Positions 17,884-25,565 of a DNA stretch of 40,000 nucleotides are shown here, piece after piece. The stretch comes from Serratia sp. NPDC078593. Its GTDB lineage: Bacteria; Pseudomonadota; Gammaproteobacteria; Enterobacterales; Enterobacteriaceae. Made by a program: the position numbers and the translations under genes. The notes beneath the pieces are model-generated. The model worked only from the letters and a program-made list of their open reading frames with translations. It did not search any database and was not told the origin of the DNA. The first letter of the stretch is position 1, and each line of letters begins with the position of its first letter. The DNA lies in contig NZ_JBNNGK010000005.1 in the NCBI RefSeq assembly GCF_050268245.1, positions 258,579 through 298,578 of the forward strand, read 5' to 3'.

Positions 17884-18564
17884 TTAAATGAACTTATCGT
17901 TCATGAATCCACCGCATATTAAATTTTGCATGTGGATGTAAAATTCCCACCTTGCAAGATTTCTCTTTTTTTTGTGCGTATTAAGTGAAGGCTGCAGCCA
18001 ATAAATCAACTGTGACTCAATACTATCTAAAATATCAAGTGCTACATGTTCAGGCTGTATCCAATCAAGAGAAATATATTCGTTATCAATATAAAACCAA
18101 GCGGTGCATCTGTAGATATGTTTTGACTTACTTTGGTACTCAGGTGCATGTAACTTCAATGCTGCGCTATGACCACCATTGAAGCGCGATGTATTTTTTG
18201 TCTTTCCAACATAGACCAGTTCTTCATCATCTCCATCACCACAAGATATCAGGTAGATGGGTAGTGATGGTAAGGGGGCTTCACCCAATTCAGTTAAGAT
18301 TTCTTCCTGCTCCCATCTGTCAAGCCATCCGCCTTCAAGTCCCCTAATGAGTTCACTAGCACTATCTAAGTAGGACTGGGTATTTGCTCTGGCGTCTTTA
18401 AGGCTCAACCACTGCATACTCATTACCAAGTGAAGGGGTTCGCATTCCTCGATTGAAATCCAACAGGACCAATCTGGGGTGGGGACATCTATGTGTCCCG
18501 GGGTATAAAAACGCTCTGGTATAGGCTGACGCCGGTCAAGCCACCCTTTCAAAGGATTGAGCAT
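17884..18564 (-). CDS. GIY-YIG-like nuclease-domain protein with unknown N-terminal domain (226 aa)
   Basis: PIYLISCGDGDDEELVYVGKTKNTSRFNGGH ... LDSIESQLIYWLQPSLNTHKK reproduces the GIY / YxG / R / E / N landmarks (Y104, Y118, R127, E183, N195). Residues 1-100 are unrecognised. Very AT-rich. Confidence 0.6.
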   Translation of the reverse strand: MLNPLKGWLDRRQPIPERFYTPGHIDVPTPDWSCWISIEECEPLHLVMSMQWLSLKDARANTQSYLDSASELIRGLEGGWLDRWEQEEILTELGEAPLPSLPIYLISCGDGDDEELVYVGKTKNTSRFNGGHSAALKLHAPEYQSKSKHIYRCTAWFYIDNEYISLDWIQPEHVALDILDSIESQLIYWLQPSLNTHKKKRNLARWEFYIHMQNLICGGFMNDKFI

Positions 18565-18904
18565 GTATTCTATATCTCAACGTTTATTTAATGTTAAAAG
18601 AAACTAGGCAAGTTTGTATCTTGTAATCTAAATGTCATTTATTGGGTATGTCTACCAAATTAAATTGATACAGCTTAACAGGTGTAATGTCCGCTCCTGG
18701 CACACAACGGACTGCTCGGCCAAAATGCTTTGGCGCTGTATTTACATTCAGGATTATTGCTGTTCTGCTTTTACCCGGAGTAGGGTTTGCCGGGAGGTAT
18801 TACATTCCCCGGTGATCGCACTGATACTGCCCCCGGCATTAATGCGCCCTACCACTATTTTTTGATCCTTATAGATCCGGCAATACATCGCACCCGCCCG
18901 TAAA

Positions 18905-20968
18905 TCAGCGGGCGGCGATCCCCATTTTCTTCATCCGCGAAAGTAAGGTGGTGCGCTTTAATCCCAACTTTTGCGCTGCGCCACGCGGGCCGGCCACCAC
19001 GCCGTTGGTTTCTTTCAACACGCGCACAATACGGTGATATTCATCCTCTTGCGTCGGCTGCGATGGCGGCGCGGTCATCAAGGGCGTGGTGGGTTGTGAA
19101 TAATGCAGTTCTGGCAGTTGCAGATTAAGCACCGTACCGCGCGTCAGTAACACCGCACGTTCAATCACATTTTCCAACTCACGTACGTTGCCCGGCCACG
19201 GCATTTGGCTGAGCTGGCGCAGCGTTTCTGCCGGAATACTGTCGATGGTGCGCTTCATGCGGCGCGCAATTTTATAAGTGAGAAACTTCACCAACTGCGG
19301 AATATCTTCCGGTCGCTCGCGTAATGGCGGAATCACGATCGGGAACACATTCAGCCGATAATAGAGATCGCTACGAAACTCACGGTCAGCAACCATTTGT
19401 TGCAGATCGCGGTTCGTTGCCGCAATCAAACGTACGTCGACGGAGATCAGTTTATTGCCGCCTACCCGTTCAAATTCCCGCTCTTGCAGCACCCGAAGTA
19501 ATTTGGGTTGTAACTCGACCGGGATTTCCCCGACTTCATCCAAAAACAGTGACCCTTTATCAGCCAGTTCAAAACGCCCCATGCGCTGGGCCGTCGCCCC
19601 GGTGAACGCCCCTTTCTCATGACCGAAGAGGTCACTTTCCAGCAGCCCGGCAGGCATCACCGCACAATTCATCTTCACCATTCGCTGATCGCGTCGCTCA
19701 CTCAAGTTGTGAATAGCGCGAGCGATCAACTCCTTGCCCGTACCGGTTTCGCCAAGGATCAGCACGGAGCAATCGCTTTTCGCGACCATTTCCACCTGTT
19801 TCAGCACGCTAGACATCACCAGACTGCGGCCAACAATCTCGCTAAAATCAGGACTATTATCGTTAATTTGCTCGGTGAGATAGAGATTCTCATGCACCAG
19901 ACTCTCTTTCAGTCGGTTGATTTCCTGGTAAACCAAGGCATTATCCACCGCGATGGCGATACGCTCGGCAATCTGTTGCAAGACACGCAAATTTGCAGCA
20001 TTAAAATTATCAGGCTGACATTGCGCCAATTTCAGCACGCCCAGCGTTTTTTGGCCGAAAGTCAGGGGCAGCACGCATAGCGTTTGGATCTGTTCATGCC
20101 ATAAATCAAACAGTTGCCGTTCATACTCTGCCAGCGAATCGGAATGTTTTAGATTCAGCAGCAACATTTCGCCACTCTGCATCACTTTCTCCGACAGCGT
20201 TCCAGCTAGCGGAACATTATATTGCTGGCGTTCAGCAACGTTGTTCTTCAGGTAATGGGTGGCGTAGATCGTCACCCGATCGTCACGATCCCCCGGCAAG
20301 ACAATGCTGATGGCATCCGTTTTGAAAAAACGGTGGATCTCGGTTGAAATCTCGCCGATCAGGTCATCCAGATCCAGCTTGGACAAAACCGCGTTGGTCA
20401 CATCCACCAGTACGCGATAGTCATCTCGCTCGTGGCGTAGCTGGCGTTGCTGCTGCTCTGCGGTTTCACGCAGTTGGATCTGCTCTACCGCCAGCGAGGT
20501 CAACTCCATCAGACCAGTCAACTGGCTAAGCGCTGCGTCACTGAACGGTTTGTCATTATTGCGCAGCAGTTCACAGCCACCGAGCAGCTGCCCGCCGGTA
20601 TACAGCGGTGCAAGGCAGTAATGGCTCAATGGCGGATGCAAGGCCAGCGCCGTCATCTGCGGATATCTCTGCTGCAATTCGAGGGATGTCATGCGCAACG
20701 GTTGCGGTTGGGTGCGTAAATGGGCGATTGGCCCGTTCGCCAACAGCGTCTCGTCTTGATAAGTTAACGGCTGCCCATGCACATCCTGGCCGTGGTAACT
20801 GACCCGTGCGCTGTGCGGATGCAACAGCAGTAACGTAACCTCCTCCGCTAGCCGCCAGCGCTGTACGATGTCTTTCAACTGTACCAATAGATCGCTAAAG
20901 CTGTGCTGGCTGAGTAATAAACGGGTAATTTCTAACAGTTGCTGTTTTTCTCTACTTGCGTTCGACAT
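18905..20968 (-). CDS. fhlA: Formate hydrogenlyase transcriptional activator FhlA (sigma54-dependent, GAF-GAF-AAA+-HTH)
   Basis: 687 aa. AAA+ core VLILGETGTGKELIARAIH, GAFTGA, and ESDLFGHEKGAFTG; C-terminal HTH AAQKLGLKRTTLLSRMKKMGI. Length and order match E. coli FhlA, downstream of hypE. Confidence 0.95.
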   Translation of the reverse strand: MSNASREKQQLLEITRLLLSQHSFSDLLVQLKDIVQRWRLAEEVTLLLLHPHSARVSYHGQDVHGQPLTYQDETLLANGPIAHLRTQPQPLRMTSLELQQRYPQMTALALHPPLSHYCLAPLYTGGQLLGGCELLRNNDKPFSDAALSQLTGLMELTSLAVEQIQLRETAEQQQRQLRHERDDYRVLVDVTNAVLSKLDLDDLIGEISTEIHRFFKTDAISIVLPGDRDDRVTIYATHYLKNNVAERQQYNVPLAGTLSEKVMQSGEMLLLNLKHSDSLAEYERQLFDLWHEQIQTLCVLPLTFGQKTLGVLKLAQCQPDNFNAANLRVLQQIAERIAIAVDNALVYQEINRLKESLVHENLYLTEQINDNSPDFSEIVGRSLVMSSVLKQVEMVAKSDCSVLILGETGTGKELIARAIHNLSERRDQRMVKMNCAVMPAGLLESDLFGHEKGAFTGATAQRMGRFELADKGSLFLDEVGEIPVELQPKLLRVLQEREFERVGGNKLISVDVRLIAATNRDLQQMVADREFRSDLYYRLNVFPIVIPPLRERPEDIPQLVKFLTYKIARRMKRTIDSIPAETLRQLSQMPWPGNVRELENVIERAVLLTRGTVLNLQLPELHYSQPTTPLMTAPPSQPTQEDEYHRIVRVLKETNGVVAGPRGAAQKLGLKRTTLLSRMKKMGIAAR

Positions 20969-21178
20969 TGGCTATCACTCTGCCGGTTAAAGCATCGGGT
21001 TATCTCTCCTAGCTGCGTCACAGCGCCTTGCTTACTGGCAACCGATAGACGTGAGTGATGTCTATCGGTTGCCTCAGTGCAATTCGGCCGCGTTGGAGGA
21101 GAGGATGGCGTTTTATATTTTTATGTGAGCTGTATCGCAAAGTTTAACGCCGGTTGGCGGCTGCTTCCCCCGTTCGGA

Positions 21179-22195
21179 TCAACAAATTCGCGGTAAAGGC
21201 TCGGCATGGGGCAGATCAAGTAGCCGCGTGACACCAAACGCGCCGCGTAACCGCACCGGCTTCCCTGCTTGCGTGACCCGTCCAATCACCGCAGCATCGG
21301 TTCCCAATGGGTGAGCCCGCAATGCGGCCAATACCGCAGGCACCGCGGCCTGCGTCACGGCCAACACCAATTTGCCCTCATTGGCGAAGTTAATGGCATC
21401 TAACCCCAGCAGTTCGCAGACGCCACGCACTTCTGCCTTGACCGGTAAGCACTGTTCGTCGACGTCGATGCCTAAGCCGCTGGCGGCAGCGTATTCATGT
21501 AAAATGGCATTTACCCCGCCGCGCGTGGCATCACGTAACGCATGAACGCCGTCAATATTCCGCAACGGGGCAATTAACGGCGTTAACACCGCGCAATCGC
21601 TGGTAATGCCCATCGCCATACCGAGCTGTTCACGTAAATTAAGCAGCGTCGCCCCATGGTCGCCGAGGGTGCCGCTGACGATGATCGCGTCATCAGGCTG
21701 GATAGATTGGGCCGCCCATGACACGGTTTGTGGGATCACGCCAATGCCCGCGGTGTTAATAAACAGCTTATCTGCGGCACCGCGCTGCACGACTTTGGTA
21801 TCGCCGGTGACGATCTGTATGTTGGCCTGACGCGCCGTGGCCGCCATTGACGCTACCACGCGCTGTAATATCGGCAGCGGCAATCCTTCTTCCAGAATAA
21901 AGCCGCAGGATAAGTAACGCGGTGTGGCGCCGCTGACAGCCAAATCATTGGCGGTGCCGCACACCGCGAGCTTGCCAATGTCGCCACCGGGGAAAAACAG
22001 CGGGTCGATGACGTAGCTGTCGGTGGTAAAGGCCAGCCGATCGCCCTGCGGGATTAACGCCGCCAGCGGGATGCGCGCCTGATCTTCACGTTGCGCCAAC
22101 TGAGGGTTAGCGAAAGCGGGCAAAAAAAGCGATTCCAGCAGCTGCTGGGTTGCTCTACCGCCGCTGCCATGTGCCATGGTGATCACCTGATTCAT
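21179..22195 (-). CDS. hypE: Hydrogenase maturation protein HypE (carbamoyl dehydratase)
   Basis: MNQVITMAHGSGGRATQQLL... ends with the canonical ...PRIC. The ATG overlaps the hypD stop (ATGA). Confidence 0.95.
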   Translation of the reverse strand: MNQVITMAHGSGGRATQQLLESLFLPAFANPQLAQREDQARIPLAALIPQGDRLAFTTDSYVIDPLFFPGGDIGKLAVCGTANDLAVSGATPRYLSCGFILEEGLPLPILQRVVASMAATARQANIQIVTGDTKVVQRGAADKLFINTAGIGVIPQTVSWAAQSIQPDDAIIVSGTLGDHGATLLNLREQLGMAMGITSDCAVLTPLIAPLRNIDGVHALRDATRGGVNAILHEYAAASGLGIDVDEQCLPVKAEVRGVCELLGLDAINFANEGKLVLAVTQAAVPAVLAALRAHPLGTDAAVIGRVTQAGKPVRLRGAFGVTRLLDLPHAEPLPRIC

Positions 22196-23319
22196 GCGGC
22201 GGTTTCCTCTGTTTCTCGACGATATTGATACCACGCGGCGCAGGCCCCTTCGGAGGAGACCATCAGCGCGCCAAATGCATTCTGTGGGGTGCAGGTGGTG
22301 CCAAACAGCGGGCACTCCCGCGGCTTACAGCGGCCGGTTAGCACCGAGCCACAACAGGCGCGCGGATCGTCCGCCACTTGCTGTTGTCGTGGGTGAAAGC
22401 GCCGCTCGGCGTCAAAATCGGCATAGTCGGCGGTTAGCGTAATCGCGGAGTCGGCAATGGTGCCTAACCCGCGCCATTCGCTACCACCGCCAACCACAAA
22501 CACCTCCTCCATGGCCTGCTGCGCTAACGGGTTGCCATGATGCGGTACCACCCGGCGGTATTGGTTTTCTGTGCAGCGCCGATCGTCACAAAACTGTTCA
22601 ATCAACATCATTACGCCCTGCAAAATATCCAGCGGTTCAAAACCTGTCACGACCACCGGTTTTTGATGTATCTCGCTGATAAAACCATACGGTTCGGTAC
22701 CTATCACCATGCTGACGTGGCCCGGTGCCAAGAAGCCGTCAATGCGTACCTCCGGCTGTTGTAACAGGCTGCGCAGCGTGGGGATCAGGCTGATGTGTTG
22801 GCAGAACACGCTGAAATTCTCAATGCCTTCCAGCCGCGCCTGTTGTAGCGTAACCGCGGTCACCGGCATGGTGGTTTCAAAACCCAGCGCGAAGAACACC
22901 ACCTGCCGCTGCGGATTCATCCGCGCCAGATGTAACGCATCCAACGGGGAATACACCACCCGCACATCGGCACCCTGCTCACGCGCTTGCAGCAGTGAAC
23001 CCTGTTTGCCAGGCACCCGCAGCGCATCGCCAAACGTGCAAAATATCACGTTGGGTCTAGCGGCAATTTCATGGCAGGCATCGATTCGCCCCATCGGCAA
23101 CACGCACACCGGGCAGCCGGGCCCATGAATAAACTCCACCTGCGGTGGCAATAGTTTATCCAGCCCAAAACGAAAAATAGCGTGAGTGTGACCACCGCAT
23201 ACCTCCATCAGTTGCAACGGACGTGCTGCGCTGAACGGTAGCATGGCCGCCCGGCGTGCGATGTGTTGCAACAGCGTTTTCACCCGCTGCGGATCGCGAT
23301 ATTCATCAACGTATTTCAT
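22192..23319 (-). CDS. hypD: Hydrogenase maturation protein HypD
   Basis: [11 protein letters not shown]...MEVCGGHTHAIFRFGLD...FIHGPGCPVCVLPMGRID matches E. coli HypD. Confidence 0.95.
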   Translation of the reverse strand: MKYVDEYRDPQRVKTLLQHIARRAAMLPFSAARPLQLMEVCGGHTHAIFRFGLDKLLPPQVEFIHGPGCPVCVLPMGRIDACHEIAARPNVIFCTFGDALRVPGKQGSLLQAREQGADVRVVYSPLDALHLARMNPQRQVVFFALGFETTMPVTAVTLQQARLEGIENFSVFCQHISLIPTLRSLLQQPEVRIDGFLAPGHVSMVIGTEPYGFISEIHQKPVVVTGFEPLDILQGVMMLIEQFCDDRRCTENQYRRVVPHHGNPLAQQAMEEVFVVGGGSEWRGLGTIADSAITLTADYADFDAERRFHPRQQQVADDPRACCGSVLTGRCKPRECPLFGTTCTPQNAFGALMVSSEGACAAWYQYRRETEETAA

Positions 23320-23599
23320 GATGACCTTCTCCAGCCATAAACATGGCGACATCATTTTCTACTTCACCCATCGCTTGCAGTGTCGCTAGCATATCGGCCG
23401 CTTCCTGTTCATCTAACCGGCTCATGGCGAACCCGACATGGATCAAGACCCAACTTCCCATGAGCGCGTCACGCGGTTGGTCACATGGGCACACTAATGC
23501 AATATTGATTTCGCGCCGTGCACCACAGACCTCCGCCCACGCGTGCTGCGGTTGCTGAGCATCCAATGCGACAATCCGACCCGGAATGCCTATGCACAT
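23306..23599 (-). CDS. hypC: Hydrogenase maturation chaperone HypC
   Basis: Begins [10 protein letters not shown] (essential N-terminal Cys after Met). Overlaps the hypB stop and the hypD start. Confidence 0.9.
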   Translation of the reverse strand: MCIGIPGRIVALDAQQPQHAWAEVCGARREINIALVCPCDQPRDALMGSWVLIHVGFAMSRLDEQEAADMLATLQAMGEVENDVAMFMAGEGHHEIR

Positions 23600-24393
23600 C
23601 GCTGCGCCTCCAACCAACTCAACCAGTCCTCCATGCCGTCGCCGTGGGTGGCAGACAGCGTGATGACCTCTATATTGGGATTCACCCGCCGGGCATTGGC
23701 AATGCAGGCATCGACATCGAAGTCCAGATACGGCAGCAGATCGATTTTATTCAACAACATCAGCCGGGCAGCAGCGAACATATGTGGGTATTTCAAAGGT
23801 TTATCTTCCCCTTCGGTCACCGACAATACCGCAACTTTATGCCGCTCGCCGAGGTCAAACCCGGCCGGGCACACCAGATTGCCGACGTTTTCAATAAACA
23901 GCAGGCTGTGCGGTTGCAACGCCAGCCGGTGCGCGGCGTCATGCACCATTTGCGCATCCAGATGACAGCCTTTGCCGGTGTTAACCTGAATCGCCGCCAC
24001 ACCGGTGGCGCGGATACGCTCAGCATCACGGGTGGTTTGCTGGTCACCCTCAATGACGGCATAAGTTACACTGTCACGCAAACGCAACAGCGTTTGCGTC
24101 AGTAAGGTAGTTTTACCGGAGCCGGGGCTCGACACCAGATTCAACGCCACTATCTGTTGCGCACAGAACTGCTCGCGGTTATGCGCCGCCAAATGGTCAT
24201 TCTTCGCCAGTACATTGGTTTCAATTTCCAGCATCCTTCGCTGGCTAAGCCCCGGCGCGTGGGTACCAGCCACACCAAAGCCGTAATGCAGATCGCCGGT
24301 AACCGTGTGACGTGGGCGAAATGGGATGCGGGTGGAGGATACTTCCCCCTCAATGGTCAACTCGCCGTGAGCGCAACCGCAAGTGCTACACAT
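23590..24393 (-). CDS. hypB: Nickel-inserting GTPase HypB
   Basis: N-terminal MCSTCGC high-affinity Ni site; GSGKTTLL P-loop; CHLDA; ENVGNLVCP. Colinear with E. coli HypB. Confidence 0.95.
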   Translation of the reverse strand: MCSTCGCAHGELTIEGEVSSTRIPFRPRHTVTGDLHYGFGVAGTHAPGLSQRRMLEIETNVLAKNDHLAAHNREQFCAQQIVALNLVSSPGSGKTTLLTQTLLRLRDSVTYAVIEGDQQTTRDAERIRATGVAAIQVNTGKGCHLDAQMVHDAAHRLALQPHSLLFIENVGNLVCPAGFDLGERHKVAVLSVTEGEDKPLKYPHMFAAARLMLLNKIDLLPYLDFDVDACIANARRVNPNIEVITLSATHGDGMEDWLSWLEAQRCA

Positions 24394-24410
24394 AGTATTT
24401 CCCTCGTTAG

Positions 24411-24755
24411 CTATTCGATTTCCAAGCGTTTTATCTGAATGCCGTCATCGGCCTGTATCCGCAAGTTATGCCCTTCGCAATGCGGGCAAATGCGCACCTG
24501 CGGCAGCAATAGCGTCACCTCACACTGGCAATCATGGCACCAGCTTTGCGCCTGCTGTTGCTGTAAATGCAGCCTGCAACCTTCTGCCAAGGTGCCGCGG
24601 CACACCATGTCGAAACAAAACTGCAGCGCCTGTGCTTCAACGCAAGAATAAGCGCCCACCTCCAGCCACACGGCGGTAATGCGCCGCGCCTGCTGCTGTT
24701 GCGCATGTTGCTGCATAATTTCCAACGCGTAATGGCACAGTGTTATTTCGTGCAT
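24411..24755 (-). CDS. hypA: Nickel metallochaperone HypA
   Basis: MHEITLC (MHE nickel site) and zinc motifs CHDCQ...CPHCEG. GGAGA RBS upstream of ATG 24755. Confidence 0.9.
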   Translation of the reverse strand: MHEITLCHYALEIMQQHAQQQQARRITAVWLEVGAYSCVEAQALQFCFDMVCRGTLAEGCRLHLQQQQAQSWCHDCQCEVTLLLPQVRICPHCEGHNLRIQADDGIQIKRLEIE

Positions 24756-24800
24756 GTTGTCTCCGATAACGACAATAAAACGCCCAACTGGAAACATCCT

Positions 24801-24816
24801 TGCAAATACGATGCCA
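24801..24816 (-). promoter_or_regulatory. sigma54 (-24/-12) promoter of the hyp operon
   Basis: The minus strand reads TGGCAT-CGTAT-TTGCA with exact GG-N10-GC spacing, about 45 bp upstream of the hypA ATG. Confidence 0.7.
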
Positions 24817-24825
24817 GCAATCTGG

Positions 24826-24864
24826 CGTCAAATGTGACGACTGACGATGACATCGACAGTCAGC
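24826..24864. promoter_or_regulatory. Probable FhlA upstream activating sequence (hyc side)
   Basis: CGTCAAATGTGACGACTGACGATGACATCGACAGTCAG. Its reverse complement contains ACTGTCGA...CGTCAG/CGTCAC, the same motif seen at 25502-25552 and 32921-32972. It lies about 90-120 bp upstream of the hyc sigma54 promoter. Confidence 0.45.
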
Positions 24865-24948
24865 GCGCTAATAACGCCCAACGCTTACGCCGTCATGACA
24901 TTTATTGTTAATTGAATTTAAAGGAATTAAGCGCAGCGGAAACAAGCT

Positions 24949-24963
24949 TGGCACGATTTATGC
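24949..24963 (+). promoter_or_regulatory. sigma54 (-24/-12) promoter of the hyc operon
   Basis: TGGCAC-GATTT-ATGC with exact GG-N10-GC spacing, about 45 bp upstream of the hycA start. Confidence 0.7.
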
Positions 24964-25008
24964 CCTATTGGCGTCACGTAGGTTATTTCGACATACCGGG
25001 TGACACAC

Positions 25009-25476
25009 ATGAGCACAATAAATGAACTGACAAGTCAGGCGGATTATATCGCCAGCAAAAATAACCGTTTAATGATGCAGTGGCAGAATTACCACAGCAC
25101 ATTGATTAAAGCGGTGACCACCACCAAACAGAAGATTAATCATGAGTTTATCTGCGGGCAAGAGCAGGACATTCGTTTCCTGTTATTTAATCATTTCATT
25201 ATTCGCATCCAGTTAAGTGAGGGTTTCTACAGCCGCGATATTTGCTACAGCATTAATTTGGCGGCGGCAAATGAAGAAGAAAACTTTGCCCCGTTTGCTC
25301 ACGCCACATTGGATGAAACCGGCCTGATTGATGGGCAAATAAATAATCGTGACCGGGCGGCCGTGCTGGAGCATTACCTGAATATCCTCGCCGTTATTTA
25401 TCAATGCCTGTTCGATTCCTTAAAGGGCGATCGCGCCATTTATGACGCATTGAAGAAAATTACTCTTCCCGCCTGA
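25009..25476 (+). CDS. hycA: Formate hydrogenlyase regulatory protein HycA
   Basis: ...QADYIASKNNRLMMQWQNY...DGQINNRDRAAVLEHYL parallels E. coli HycA (ADYIAQRHRRLQDQW...DGKVNIRDREQVLEHYL). The start is ambiguous between GTG 25000 and ATG 25009. Confidence 0.85.
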   Translation: MSTINELTSQADYIASKNNRLMMQWQNYHSTLIKAVTTTKQKINHEFICGQEQDIRFLLFNHFIIRIQLSEGFYSRDICYSINLAAANEEENFAPFAHATLDETGLIDGQINNRDRAAVLEHYLNILAVIYQCLFDSLKGDRAIYDALKKITLPA

Positions 25477-25501
25477 ATAACGCGATTTGATTAATGACAT
25501 T

Positions 25502-25552
25502 CACTGTCGAAACGTCACTTTTACTGTCGATTTCGTCAAAAGTGACGAAATC
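25502..25552. promoter_or_regulatory. Probable second FhlA UAS in the hycA-hycB spacer, including a perfect 10-bp-arm palindrome
   Basis: ACTGTCGAAACGTCAC and ACTGTCGATTTCGTCA are direct repeats. GATTTCGTCA-aaag-TGACGAAATC (25529-25552) is a perfect inverted repeat. Confidence 0.5.
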
Positions 25553-25565
25553 ACAAGGAGTCTGC

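Noticed and set aside
17571-18182. Short plus-strand ORFs (17571..17774, 17644..17874, 17985..18182) inside the nuclease islet, considered as possible antitoxin or immunity genes
   Set aside because: They are antisense to the two long ORFs. They have low-complexity, AT-driven translations (Asn/Lys/Ile/Leu-rich), no SD sequences and no recognisable fold. I cannot exclude an antisense RNA, but there is no support for a protein.
18709-18725. TGGCAC at 18711 as another sigma54 promoter
   Set aside because: The -12 position does not carry GC (TGGCACACAACGGAC), and it points into the 3' end of fhlA on the wrong strand.
16749-18794. Possible direct repeats flanking the islet: GGTTTACCGGG (16749-16759) versus GGTTTGCCGGG (18784-18794)
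   Set aside because: A 10/11 match between two ~330-bp flanks is about what chance predicts. There is no longer extension of similarity and no associated integrase, so it is not credible as att sites.
18632-18865. 77-aa Cys-rich ORF in the right flank of the islet
   Set aside because: No RBS and no motif. Its composition changes along its length, which fits chance reading through non-coding DNA.
21179-25494. Long N-terminal extensions in the ORF track for hypE (22315), hypD (23355), hypC (23617), hypA (24797) and hycB (25494); the same applies to hydN (33010), fdhF (33459), NiCoT (38088), osmB (6144) and PBP2-like (10922)
   Set aside because: In each case, alignment to the E. coli orthologue's N-terminus identifies an internal start codon. 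Depending on the gene, that start has a recognisable RBS or a start/stop overlap with the upstream gene. The extensions overlap the upstream genes.
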